This document shows, piece after piece, positions 49,042 through 57,272 of a stretch of 64,000 nt of DNA. This DNA comes from Bacteroidota bacterium (GTDB lineage Bacteria; Bacteroidota; Bacteroidia; NS11-12g; UBA955), in assembly GCA_046301955.1 (NCBI GenBank), contig JBKCJE010000076.1:2902-66901 (forward strand). Reading direction: 5' to 3'. The number at the start of each line of letters is the position of its first letter. The first letter of the stretch is position 1. Both the position numbers and the translations under genes were made by a program. The notes below the pieces were generated by a model, which saw nothing but the letters and a program-made list of their open reading frames with translations, was not told the DNA's origin and searched no databases.

Positions 49042-49059
49042 GGTGTAAATTGCAGCGGA

Positions 49060-50316
49060 ATGACGCAAACCATGATTTCTGTGGCTGAGGCCAAATCGTT
49101 GATACAATCCCATGTTGGTCGGTTGAAGCCTGTGAATGTGTTACTGGGCGATGCCTTGGGTTGTTGTTTGGCTCAGGATGTGATTTCGCCGTTGAGCATG
49201 CCGGGTTTTGCGCAAAGTGCGATGGATGGCTATGCTTTTTCATGGGATGGATACAAGGAATTTGGGGCTTTGGAAATTGCGGGAGAGGTAGCGGCGGGGG
49301 CTTCTGAATCTGGTCCAAGGCGGTCCTCAAATCAGGCGGTGCGGATTTTTACGGGTGCGCCAGTGCCTGAAGGGTTCGATACGGTGGTGATGCAGGAAAA
49401 GGTAAAGGTGGAGGGCGGATGGCTCTATGTGGAAGATGCAGCTTTGGTGCAAGGTAGAAATGTGCGATTGGTGGGTAGCGAAATTGCTGAAGGGGCCTTG
49501 GCGATGCAGTTAGGTATGGTGATTACCCCGGCGGCCATTGGTTTTTTAGCGAGTTTGGGGCTGACGCATGTTTTGGTAATTCCAAGGCCGCGGATTGCGT
49601 TGATTGTAACGGGCGATGAATTGCAAACTCCCGGCGAGGCATTGTCGTTCGGACAAGTATATGAGTCGAATTCGCAGTTGTTGCAATCGGCGTTGCAGTG
49701 GTTGCGATTTTCGCAAGTGGAAATTCACTATGCAAAGGATGATTTGGCATCGCTGACCAAAACATTGGCGGCGGCGTTATCCGTTGCTGATTTGGTGTTG
49801 TTACCGGGTGGCGTGAGTGTTGGGGATTATGATTTTGTGCCCAAAGCCGCCGCCGCCGCAGGGGTAGAGGCCATCTTCCATAAAATCAAACAAAAGCCGG
49901 GAAAGCCCCTGTTTTTTGGGATGAAGCATGGTGTTGCTGATGCAAAATCGGATGTGGGTACAACGAATCAAACGGTGGTTTTTGGACTCCCTGGCAATCC
50001 CGCATCGGTGTTGACCTGTTTCTATCAGTACGTAACGGTGGCACTGGAACAACTCACAGGTACCCCGGTGGCACCAGTGGCTTGTCGTGCCCAGATCCAA
50101 TCGGGGTATACTAAGCCCATCGGACTGACCCATTTTTTGAAAGTGGATTTGCAACTGCCGAAGGATGAGCGCGCGCCGATTGCCGTTTTTGTGATGGGTG
50201 CACAGGAATCTTTTCGCTTAAGTTCGTTCGCGGTTTCCAATGCCATCATTGAAATTCCTGCGGAGACCACGACGGTTGAAAAGGGGGATTGGGTTATGGT
50301 TTACCCCATCGGATAA
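49060..50316 (+). CDS. moeA: Molybdopterin molybdenumtransferase
   Basis: MoeA domain order. SAMDGYAF and the MoCF-binding domain (LPGGVSVGDYDF) are present. 418 aa. Confidence 0.9.
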   Translation: MTQTMISVAEAKSLIQSHVGRLKPVNVLLGDALGCCLAQDVISPLSMPGFAQSAMDGYAFSWDGYKEFGALEIAGEVAAGASESGPRRSSNQAVRIFTGAPVPEGFDTVVMQEKVKVEGGWLYVEDAALVQGRNVRLVGSEIAEGALAMQLGMVITPAAIGFLASLGLTHVLVIPRPRIALIVTGDELQTPGEALSFGQVYESNSQLLQSALQWLRFSQVEIHYAKDDLASLTKTLAAALSVADLVLLPGGVSVGDYDFVPKAAAAAGVEAIFHKIKQKPGKPLFFGMKHGVADAKSDVGTTNQTVVFGLPGNPASVLTCFYQYVTVALEQLTGTPVAPVACRAQIQSGYTKPIGLTHFLKVDLQLPKDERAPIAVFVMGAQESFRLSSFAVSNAIIEIPAETTTVEKGDWVMVYPIG

Positions 50317-50342
50317 CATCAAATTCATTACCTTCGAAACCA

Positions 50343-51212
50343 ATGTTTGGATTGGGCGGACTCACTTGGGTTGTGTTATTTTTTGTTGTAGCATTTTTAT
50401 ACTCGGCGGTTGGACATGGGGGCGCGAGCGGTTATTTGGCTTTGCTGTCGCTCCATGATATAGCCCCGGAATATATGAAGCCCATCGCGTTGGTGTTGAA
50501 TCTGTTGGTGAGTGGGATGGCGTTTATTCAATTTTATCGTCAAGGTCATTTTTTGTGGCGATTGTTTTTGCCCATTGCTTTGTTTTCCGTGCCGATGGCT
50601 TATTGGGGCGGTTTAACACCCCTGAAGGATCTATGGTATCAGCGTGGATTGGGAGTTTTTTTATTGGTTTCTGTGGCGATGATGTTGTGGCCTCGTGTTT
50701 CTGGCGTGGGACAAGGCACATCGAGCAATGATGGGGATGTTTCAAACAATGGGGGCGGCACGCTGTGGAATCGACAAACAGGCATTGCGGCGTTTATGGG
50801 CGCGGTCATTGGCTATGTTTCTGGTTTGTTGGGCATTGGCGGAGGGATTTTGCTGTCGCCGGTGTTGTTGATGATTCGTTGGACCCAGCAAAAGCAAACG
50901 GCGGCGATCAGTGCGGCCTTTATTTTTGTGAATTCGGCAGCGGGATTGCTTGGGTTTGTGCAGCAGCATACGCCGTGGATTATAGATTCTCAAAAGACGG
51001 GCGGTGAGGCGGATGCCGAGATGGCTGGACGATGTGCTTTTGGTGATCCTTGGTTTGCGGTGGTGGCCATCCTCTCTGTCTTGATTTTGCCGGTTTTGTT
51101 GGGCGGTTTTTTTGGGTCGTGGTACGGCGCCAAGAAATTCGATCAAACCGTGATGAAGTACATTTTGTGCGTTGTGTTGTTGATTGCGGCAATCAAATTA
51201 CTTTTGCCATGA
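50343..51212 (+). CDS. TauE/SafE-family anion permease embedded in the Moco operon
   Basis: Trimmed to MFGLGGLTWVVLFFVVAFLYSAVGHGGASGY. Duplicated 4-TM halves with GIGGGILLSP. The stop overlaps the moaD start (ATGA at 51209..51212). Confidence 0.8.
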   Translation: MFGLGGLTWVVLFFVVAFLYSAVGHGGASGYLALLSLHDIAPEYMKPIALVLNLLVSGMAFIQFYRQGHFLWRLFLPIALFSVPMAYWGGLTPLKDLWYQRGLGVFLLVSVAMMLWPRVSGVGQGTSSNDGDVSNNGGGTLWNRQTGIAAFMGAVIGYVSGLLGIGGGILLSPVLLMIRWTQQKQTAAISAAFIFVNSAAGLLGFVQQHTPWIIDSQKTGGEADAEMAGRCAFGDPWFAVVAILSVLILPVLLGGFFGSWYGAKKFDQTVMKYILCVVLLIAAIKLLLP

Positions 51213-51454
51213 TGCAGGTTCAATTGATGAGTTACGGCGCCCTTACCGATGTTACAGGGTCTGAAGTGTTTGAATTGGAAATTCCGCAGCAGGCATTGAC
51301 CGTGGCTGAAATGAAGTTGCTTTTATTGGCGCGATATCCTGCTTTGGAGGGGAAAACGTTCCGAATGGCGGTGAATGAGCGATTTGTGGGCGATGATTTT
51401 GAAGTCCTTTCTGGAGTAAAAATTGCGTTGATGCCACCCTTTTCAGGGGGGTAG
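51209..51454 (+). CDS. moaD: Molybdopterin synthase sulfur-carrier subunit
   Basis: Track ORF 51050..51454 trimmed to MMQVQLMSYGALTDVTG. 81 aa with a ubiquitin-like fold pattern, ending ...PPFSGG (C-terminal Gly-Gly). Confidence 0.8.
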   Translation: MMQVQLMSYGALTDVTGSEVFELEIPQQALTVAEMKLLLLARYPALEGKTFRMAVNERFVGDDFEVLSGVKIALMPPFSGG

Positions 51455-51506
51455 TAGATAAGCCTGAGGTGGATTTACAATGAATTTATTATGAATTTTA
51501 TAGCCT

Positions 51507-51514
51507 TACATTTG
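51507..51514 (+). promoter_or_regulatory. Possible internal -7 promoter box TACATTTG for moeB-moaE-moaC
   Basis: TAnnTTTG in the AT-rich 125-nt moaD-moeB gap, 65 nt upstream of ATG 51580. Confidence 0.3.
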
Positions 51515-51579
51515 AATTGTCGCAGTTGATGAAATCAGAAGTTAGCGCCAATTGAATAACCCGAAATATAGATTTGACG

Positions 51580-52377
51580 ATGGAAATGGAGCCCGATTTC
51601 TTGGATAGATACCAACGACAGTTGATGTTGCGTGAGGTGGGTTTGAGTGGGCAGCGCGCTTTGCGTAAAGCCCGTGTGATGGTTGTTGGTCTCGGTGGAT
51701 TGGGGTGCCCCGTGGTTCAATATCTCGCTGCGGCGGGTGTTGGGCATCTGGTTTTGGTGGATGCCGATCGGGTGTCGTTAAGTAATCTACAGCGACAAAT
51801 TTTGTATACGCAAAAGGATGTTGGAGAGTTGAAAGTGGAGGTGGCGAGGGGCTTTGTACAAAGACAAAATCCCCAAATAGAGGTATCGCTACATACGGAC
51901 ATGGTGTCTGCGGATAACGGACCTGAATTGTTGGCTTTGGCGGATATCTTGGTGGATTGTACCGATAATTTTGCAGCTCGTTATTTGATCAACGATGCTT
52001 GTGCTTCGGCGAATAAACCTTGGGTGTATGGGTCTATCGCGAAGTTTGAAGGTCAGGTGGCGGTTTTCAATGCATTGATTGCGACTTCGGAGGATAAAAG
52101 TGGGGATGTGCTGGTGTCCCGCCCGACCGAGGAAAGTGTTGTTCGTTCTTTGAATTATAGGGATGTATTTCCCAATCCACCGGGTGACGGTGAAATTCAA
52201 AACTGCGCCGAAGCGGGTGTGTTGGGTGCTTTGGCCGGGATTGTTGGATCGATACAAGGAATGGAGGTGATGAAATGGATTTTGGGATTGAATGGTCTTT
52301 TGGTGAATCAAATGCTCACGTATAACGCAATCAATCACAGCATGGTGAAATTCCAACTCAACGAAAATGCTGTTTGA
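51580..52377 (+). CDS. moeB: Molybdopterin-synthase adenylyltransferase (ThiF/MoeB family)
   Basis: The track start is TTG 51574 and the first ATG is at 51580. YQRQLML and the VVGLGGLGCPVVQYLAAAGVG nucleotide-binding motif are present. No rhodanese domain. Confidence 0.85.
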   Translation: MEMEPDFLDRYQRQLMLREVGLSGQRALRKARVMVVGLGGLGCPVVQYLAAAGVGHLVLVDADRVSLSNLQRQILYTQKDVGELKVEVARGFVQRQNPQIEVSLHTDMVSADNGPELLALADILVDCTDNFAARYLINDACASANKPWVYGSIAKFEGQVAVFNALIATSEDKSGDVLVSRPTEESVVRSLNYRDVFPNPPGDGEIQNCAEAGVLGALAGIVGSIQGMEVMKWILGLNGLLVNQMLTYNAINHSMVKFQLNENAV

Positions 52378-52400
52378 AAGTAGTAACTTTACCCTTGGAA

Positions 52401-52847
52401 ATGTCTGATAAAAAACCCAAAAATATATTTGTTGAAGGACCCATTTCTCCGGTGAAAATTGGGGAGGATATTGCACATCATCAGAAAAAGACCAACATCG
52501 GTGCCCACAGTATTTTCTTGGGTCAGGTAAGGGCGGATTCTGTGGAGGGGGCGGCTGTATTGGCGATTGAATATACTGCGCATCAGGAAATGGTACTGGC
52601 GGCCATGCATGAAATTCGCGAGGCGATTTTTGTAAAATACCCACTAACCTGTTTGCACATCACCCACAGTTTGGGATTGGTGAAGGCGGGTGAAATTTGT
52701 TTGTTTGTATTTGCCTCGGCGGTACATCGAAAAGAGGCTATCGATGCTTGTGAGGAAGTGGTGGAGCGCATCAAAAAGGAATTGCCCATTTGGGGGAAAG
52801 AGCTATTGACAAACGAAGACCATCAGTGGAAGGAAAATCGATCATGA
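52401..52847 (+). CDS. moaE: Molybdopterin synthase catalytic subunit
   Basis: The track start is TTG 52374 and the first ATG is at 52401. GAHSIFLGQVR and WGKE near the C-terminus. The stop overlaps the next start (ATGA). Confidence 0.85.
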   Translation: MSDKKPKNIFVEGPISPVKIGEDIAHHQKKTNIGAHSIFLGQVRADSVEGAAVLAIEYTAHQEMVLAAMHEIREAIFVKYPLTCLHITHSLGLVKAGEICLFVFASAVHRKEAIDACEEVVERIKKELPIWGKELLTNEDHQWKENRS

Positions 52848-53764
52848 TTCACATTACACACAAGTCGAATACGTTGAGAAAGGCCATTGCAGAAGCAGTG
52901 GTGAAAACATCGTCACAAGCCACCATAGAGGCAGTGCGAAATCGCGCGGTGCCCAAGGGAGATGTGCTCGAATTTGCTCGGGTTGCGGGGTTGTTCGCTG
53001 TGAAAAAAACGGCGGATATGATACCAGATTGTCATCCCATGCCAGTGGAGTTTACATCGGTGAGTTATGAGTTGGTTGAGTGCGAGATTCGGATTCGAAT
53101 GGAGGTTCATACGGTGTACAAAACGGGGGTAGAAGTGGAGGCGATGCACGGTGTTTCGGTGGTGGCACTTACCTTATACGATATGCTGAAACCGATTGAC
53201 AAGCATATAGAAATTGCGCACATTCGGTTGGTATCGAAAACGGGCGGGAAAACGGATGCCCAGAAATTGGTCCTTAATCAAATTTGTGCAACCAAAAGTG
53301 CCCAAGTGGTGGTATGTAGCGATTCGGTCTTCCATGGGGATGCCGAAGACAAAGCCGGGGCGATGGTGGCCGAGCGATTGAAAGCGGCGGGGTTGGATGT
53401 GTTGCCAGTTATTGTGGTGCCCGATGAAATTGCCGATATTCAATCGTGTTTGTTGGAGCATGCGCCCAAGGTAGATGTACTGTTGTTTGTGGGTGGCACG
53501 GGGCTGTCGCACCGCGATGTTACACCAGAGGCAGTGAAACCTATGCTGACCCGTGAAATTGAGGGGGTGATGGAGACGGCGCGACAGTATGGACAAGATC
53601 GTATGCCTTTTGCGATGCTCTCAAGGGGCGTTGCAGGGATGGTTAACGATACCTTGGTGATGACGCTGCCCGGATCAACCAAGGGGGCTCAAGAGACACT
53701 GGATGCGGTTTTTCCGGCAGTAATGCACGTGTTTGCCGTGAAGGACGGACAAAAACATTCTTAA
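52844..53764 (+). CDS. moaC: Fusion protein: cyclic pyranopterin monophosphate synthase MoaC + MogA/MoaB-type MPT adenylyltransferase domain
   Basis: The N-terminal half aligns by eye with MoaC (KGDVLEFARVAG...IPDCHP...TGVEVEAM...ALTLYDM...SKTGGK). The C-terminal half has the MoCF-binding pattern (VVVCSDS...LFVGGTGLSHRDVTPEA). Confidence 0.85.
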   Translation: MIHITHKSNTLRKAIAEAVVKTSSQATIEAVRNRAVPKGDVLEFARVAGLFAVKKTADMIPDCHPMPVEFTSVSYELVECEIRIRMEVHTVYKTGVEVEAMHGVSVVALTLYDMLKPIDKHIEIAHIRLVSKTGGKTDAQKLVLNQICATKSAQVVVCSDSVFHGDAEDKAGAMVAERLKAAGLDVLPVIVVPDEIADIQSCLLEHAPKVDVLLFVGGTGLSHRDVTPEAVKPMLTREIEGVMETARQYGQDRMPFAMLSRGVAGMVNDTLVMTLPGSTKGAQETLDAVFPAVMHVFAVKDGQKHS

Positions 53765-53812
53765 TTTTAGATTCTCATTCAGGGCGATGCCAACGATGAG
53801 CGTCAACAAGCC

Positions 53813-54490
53813 TTAGTATGGTGATACATACGTTGACTTTTTCTGGTTTGGCTTCTTTTTGTAATCGCCACGTTTCCAGGCTTCTAGGAATTGTACCCAA
53901 GCGCCCGGACTAAAATAGTTTTGCGGTGGTGCTTGTTTGTAGTAATACAATTGGTTTGCTCTGGATTGTGCAAGCAGACTTTGGCTCATATTGGGGTCGG
54001 CGGGACGCAAACGTTGCTCATCTTTCAACGCTTCGGCTTCTAAGTTTTGACGGGCCCGTTCATAGGCGTCGTCTGGGATCTCTTTGCTCACAAACTCGTT
54101 TTCGAACAATGACTTCAACGGCAGCGCACGAATAAAAATGGCGGCCATTTGAAAGGTGTCTTGGGTCATCAATTTGATGATGCTGTAGCGGTTGCCATGC
54201 AAGGTATCTGGCACCACATGCCAGGAGGGTTCCTGTTCTACTTGTTGGAAAAGAATGGTATCGCCCTTTCTAACCACAACGTCGAAATGACCCATGTAAT
54301 CGGTAAAGCCAATCAATCCTCGCTTGGGGGTGCGTATGTTGACAAACGGGATGGGTTTTAGGCTGTCTGATGTGAGAACCAATCCTGTAAAGAGGATGTA
54401 CGGGTTGTTTTGTTTACCAGGCTGGGCCTTCAACGGATTTAGGCTGCCGCAAATCGCCAAAAGCAAAACCAATACCCAACGAAGTCTCAT
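53813..54490 (-). CDS. Hypothetical secreted protein with carboxypeptidase-regulatory-like (CarboxypepD_reg) N-domain
   Basis: Trimmed to MRLRWVLVLLLAICGSLNPLKAQ. The FTGLVLTSDSLKPIPFVNI...GHFDVVVRKGDTILF pattern is present. Confidence 0.5.
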   Translation of the reverse strand: MRLRWVLVLLLAICGSLNPLKAQPGKQNNPYILFTGLVLTSDSLKPIPFVNIRTPKRGLIGFTDYMGHFDVVVRKGDTILFQQVEQEPSWHVVPDTLHGNRYSIIKLMTQDTFQMAAIFIRALPLKSLFENEFVSKEIPDDAYERARQNLEAEALKDEQRLRPADPNMSQSLLAQSRANQLYYYKQAPPQNYFSPGAWVQFLEAWKRGDYKKKPNQKKSTYVSPY

Positions 54491-54523
54491 GAATTCAAAG
54501 GTAATTAAAAACTGCACATGGCG

Positions 54524-55771
54524 TTACAGTGGTATCAACCATCCCATGAGTATCATCAATAAGACGATGAATGGCGTGGGAATCCGCTTGGTGCACAACA
54601 AAGTCAGCGTAAGTGCGAAAACCCCAATTTGCAAATAGGTGTGCTGATTGAACGTAGTGAATTGCTGCCAATAGTAGTAATTGATAAGGAGCGCAGCGGT
54701 GAGAATGAAGCCCACAGCTGCGGCAAAAATGCCATCCAGGGCCAAGCGTATGGAGCGATGCGATTGCAATCGATCCCACAGTGGATAGGCGAAAAAGACC
54801 ATGAGGGTTCCGGGCATGAATACGGCAATCAGGCCTATTAAACAGCCCATCAACTGGTAAAAGGCGTTGTATCCAAAGGATTTCATGGCTACAGAATTCA
54901 CATACACCATGAAGTTGAAATTGGGTCCCGGAAGCGCTTGTAGCAGGCCTAAACCATTGTTGAATTCTTGGGACGTGAGGCGATGATGGTAGACCACATA
55001 TTGCTCGTGACTCATGGCCGCAAGGGTGTTACCGCCGCCAAAACTTAGTGCACCGATGCGATAGGTGTTTTCGAACAGCACAAAGGGCTGCGCAAGTTTT
55101 AAGTATTCAGCGTTTTGGTTGAGCAACAATCCCAATCCACCCACTACAACGAAGATGATTCCAAAAGCAGTAAGGTTTCGCCATTTGATGGGTTTGGGTT
55201 TGGAAATGGCAATTGTGGGCAGTTCGTAGGTATTGAATCTCGCGCTGATGATTCCGGCCAAGATCATGCCCAATGGGAAAAGCAAGGGCGTGTTGGTGAG
55301 GAATCCCAGTATGCCAAATCCCAAAAATAAACTGTAATTCAAGGTAGATTTGCGAATCCAAGGAGCCATGGAAATAACTGAATAGGCCAAAAACGCGGCT
55401 ACCATGGGTTGCATGAACTGTAAATGTGCTGCGCCGAGAAATTTGGGTGATAAAGCAATGACGCTCATCAAAATTGCCCCGGGCAATGCCCAAGCTACCA
55501 AGCCCAATAGCGCCAGTATCGGTCCTCCCAATTTGAGTCCCAAAACGGTGATCGTTTGGGTGGTTGAGGGTCCCGGAAGCAAACTGCAAAAAGCGTTCAC
55601 ATCCTTCAGCGTGTCTTGATCGAAGAACCTGTGCTTGTCTACCAACCTCCGCTTGAACTGAGGGATATGCATTTGAGGTCCGCCAAATGCCGTGAGCCCC
55701 AGCCAAAAAACCGAACGCAAAAATTTGATATGCCTCGCCTTTGTTATCTTTGTAGAATGCTGTTGAGACAT
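54524..55771 (-). CDS. chrA: Chromate-ion-transporter (CHR) family oxyanion transporter, two-domain form
   Basis: Duplicated CHR domains (GLTAFGGPQMHIPQF and GALSFGGGNTLAAM; LLPGPSTT and ALPGPNFN). 415 aa. Confidence 0.85.
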   Translation of the reverse strand: MSQQHSTKITKARHIKFLRSVFWLGLTAFGGPQMHIPQFKRRLVDKHRFFDQDTLKDVNAFCSLLPGPSTTQTITVLGLKLGGPILALLGLVAWALPGAILMSVIALSPKFLGAAHLQFMQPMVAAFLAYSVISMAPWIRKSTLNYSLFLGFGILGFLTNTPLLFPLGMILAGIISARFNTYELPTIAISKPKPIKWRNLTAFGIIFVVVGGLGLLLNQNAEYLKLAQPFVLFENTYRIGALSFGGGNTLAAMSHEQYVVYHHRLTSQEFNNGLGLLQALPGPNFNFMVYVNSVAMKSFGYNAFYQLMGCLIGLIAVFMPGTLMVFFAYPLWDRLQSHRSIRLALDGIFAAAVGFILTAALLINYYYWQQFTTFNQHTYLQIGVFALTLTLLCTKRIPTPFIVLLMILMGWLIPL

Positions 55772-56371
55772 GAATTGGTTCGCTTGGTAAGCAAAGTTGC
55801 GAAAAATTTGGGTATTTGTTGGGTATTTGTCACCTTTTTTGCGGTGGGCTGTGGAGATTCAACGAATGGAGAATCAGAAAAACAAGCCATTATGTTACAA
55901 TACAGTGATTCGCTGTGGCAAGAACACAAATTGGTGACCTCGTTGTTTCGTTTCAAATTGGATGTAATCAAAGAGCGAAAAACGGATATGAAAGCGGCCT
56001 TGCAGCAGTTGAAATTTGTAGAGGCGTCTTCGTTGAGTGAAGAGCAAGAATCACAAGTTGTGAAATACGAGGCGGTGTATCGGGTCTATCGTGATATCGT
56101 GGAAACCTACACCAACACAGTGTTAAGGGCTGAGGAGTTGTTCTACGCGATCAAAGGACTGGAAAAGCAAGTGAAGGCGGGCAATTACGGCACTGGGAGC
56201 GATGCTGAGCAGTTGAATCAATTCAAAAAGGAATTTCAATCTTTGAAACTAAAGTTGGATACCTTGCTCGTGGATGCGGAATTCATTGAACACCAACTGT
56301 CGGCCGTGGAGCCAGCCTATCAGAGTGCGGCGCCCAAAGTGGAGGCGTTATTGCCGAAAAACGAACTGTAA
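55757..56371 (+). CDS. Hypothetical coiled-coil lipoprotein
   Basis: Track ORF trimmed to MLLRHELV...FFAVGCGDS (lipobox). Helical, heptad-like sequence. The start is uncertain because it overlaps the chrA start by 15 nt. Confidence 0.45.
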   Translation: MLLRHELVRLVSKVAKNLGICWVFVTFFAVGCGDSTNGESEKQAIMLQYSDSLWQEHKLVTSLFRFKLDVIKERKTDMKAALQQLKFVEASSLSEEQESQVVKYEAVYRVYRDIVETYTNTVLRAEELFYAIKGLEKQVKAGNYGTGSDAEQLNQFKKEFQSLKLKLDTLLVDAEFIEHQLSAVEPAYQSAAPKVEALLPKNEL

Positions 56372-57195
56372 AATCGCTCAAAAACGTGGTCTATGGCATC
56401 GGCGGTTGGATGCATGTGGTCCTCTTTGTAATACTTCCAATCGTTGAGTTCTTCCCGCACAATTTCATAGGCTGGGAAATAGTGTACATTCGGTGCGGCG
56501 GATTCCAATACTTCATGCAATGCGCTGATAAGGGTCGATTTTGATCGTAAATTTTCTAGAATGCCATCACGCAAGTGCTTGACAGGGCTCACAGTGAAAA
56601 CGATGTGGGCGTTGGGGTTGATCTGTTTTATGGTGGTGATGATGCCTTGGATGTGTGCCTTGATGTCTGACTGTTTACTGATCAATTTTAAGAAGTCTTG
56701 CTGCGGTAATTTGTGGCAATTGCCCACGAATTGTTGGGTTGGGATGTGTTGGTAAATCCAGGCGGTGCCTAAGGTGACACAAAAAAGATCAGCTTTGGTG
56801 GCTTGTTCATGAGCGCGATTCGCGGCTTCAAATACTTGGTTAATCAAACTGGGTTCATTGGTGTGCTGAAACCGGTTGGCGTGAAACAAGCTGTGGAAGA
56901 CGCCCTGGTGTTGGTATGTGTTCTCTCTATGAAACGCTGCGTCAAATGTGGTTTTTTTATTGGAATTGGCGATGAGCTGCCAATTTCTCCAAAGGGGGAA
57001 TGGGTGGAAAATGACCCCAAAAGGATTGGAAATGGATGTGTGTTGCTTTTCGATGAGGCGTAAATGCATTTCCTCCCCAAAGCAAGATCCCATAAAAAAT
57101 ATAGATGCTTCGGTGGAAAGTTCTAAGCGTTTTTTGCTTTCAACCTGTCTGCGATCCTTTGGGGTTTGTAAATGCGAATTCACACTGCAAACCAA
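56320..57195 (-). CDS. GSCFA-domain protein
   Basis: The FFMGSCFGEEM motif and overall family pattern are present. Non-ATG (TTG) start, position uncertain. The 3' end overlaps the convergent lipoprotein gene by 52 nt. Confidence 0.7.
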   Translation of the reverse strand: MVCSVNSHLQTPKDRRQVESKKRLELSTEASIFFMGSCFGEEMHLRLIEKQHTSISNPFGVIFHPFPLWRNWQLIANSNKKTTFDAAFHRENTYQHQGVFHSLFHANRFQHTNEPSLINQVFEAANRAHEQATKADLFCVTLGTAWIYQHIPTQQFVGNCHKLPQQDFLKLISKQSDIKAHIQGIITTIKQINPNAHIVFTVSPVKHLRDGILENLRSKSTLISALHEVLESAAPNVHYFPAYEIVREELNDWKYYKEDHMHPTADAIDHVFERFYSSFFGNNASTLGAAL

Positions 57196-57259
57196 AGGCT
57201 TTTTATTGAATTTGGCATTAGGTTGGTAGGTTGTTAAACAAATTTGTAGTCGCTGTCCT

Positions 57260-57267
57260 TATTTTTG
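57260..57267 (+). promoter_or_regulatory. -7 promoter box TATTTTTG (near-leaderless spacing) for the beta-helix/PKD giant gene
   Basis: TAnnTTTG ends 5 nt before ATG 57273. Confidence 0.4.
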
Positions 57268-57272
57268 TTGGT

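Noticed and set aside
48247-49113. A 288-aa ORF, and a nested 195-aa ORF at 48351..48938, antisense to moaA.
   Set aside because: The sense strand encodes an unmistakable radical-SAM MoaA. The antisense translations are low-complexity (Pro/His/Arg/Gln-rich) with no motifs. They are shadow ORFs caused by codon bias.
51889-52644. A 251-aa ORF antisense to moeB and moaE.
   Set aside because: It spans two well-supported sense genes and their junction, and its composition is Pro/Gln/His-rich. It is a shadow ORF.
55107-55706. A 199-aa ORF on the same strand as chrA in another frame.
   Set aside because: The chrA frame carries duplicated CHR-domain motifs. The alternative frame is Gly/Arg/His-rich, with no signal of coding.
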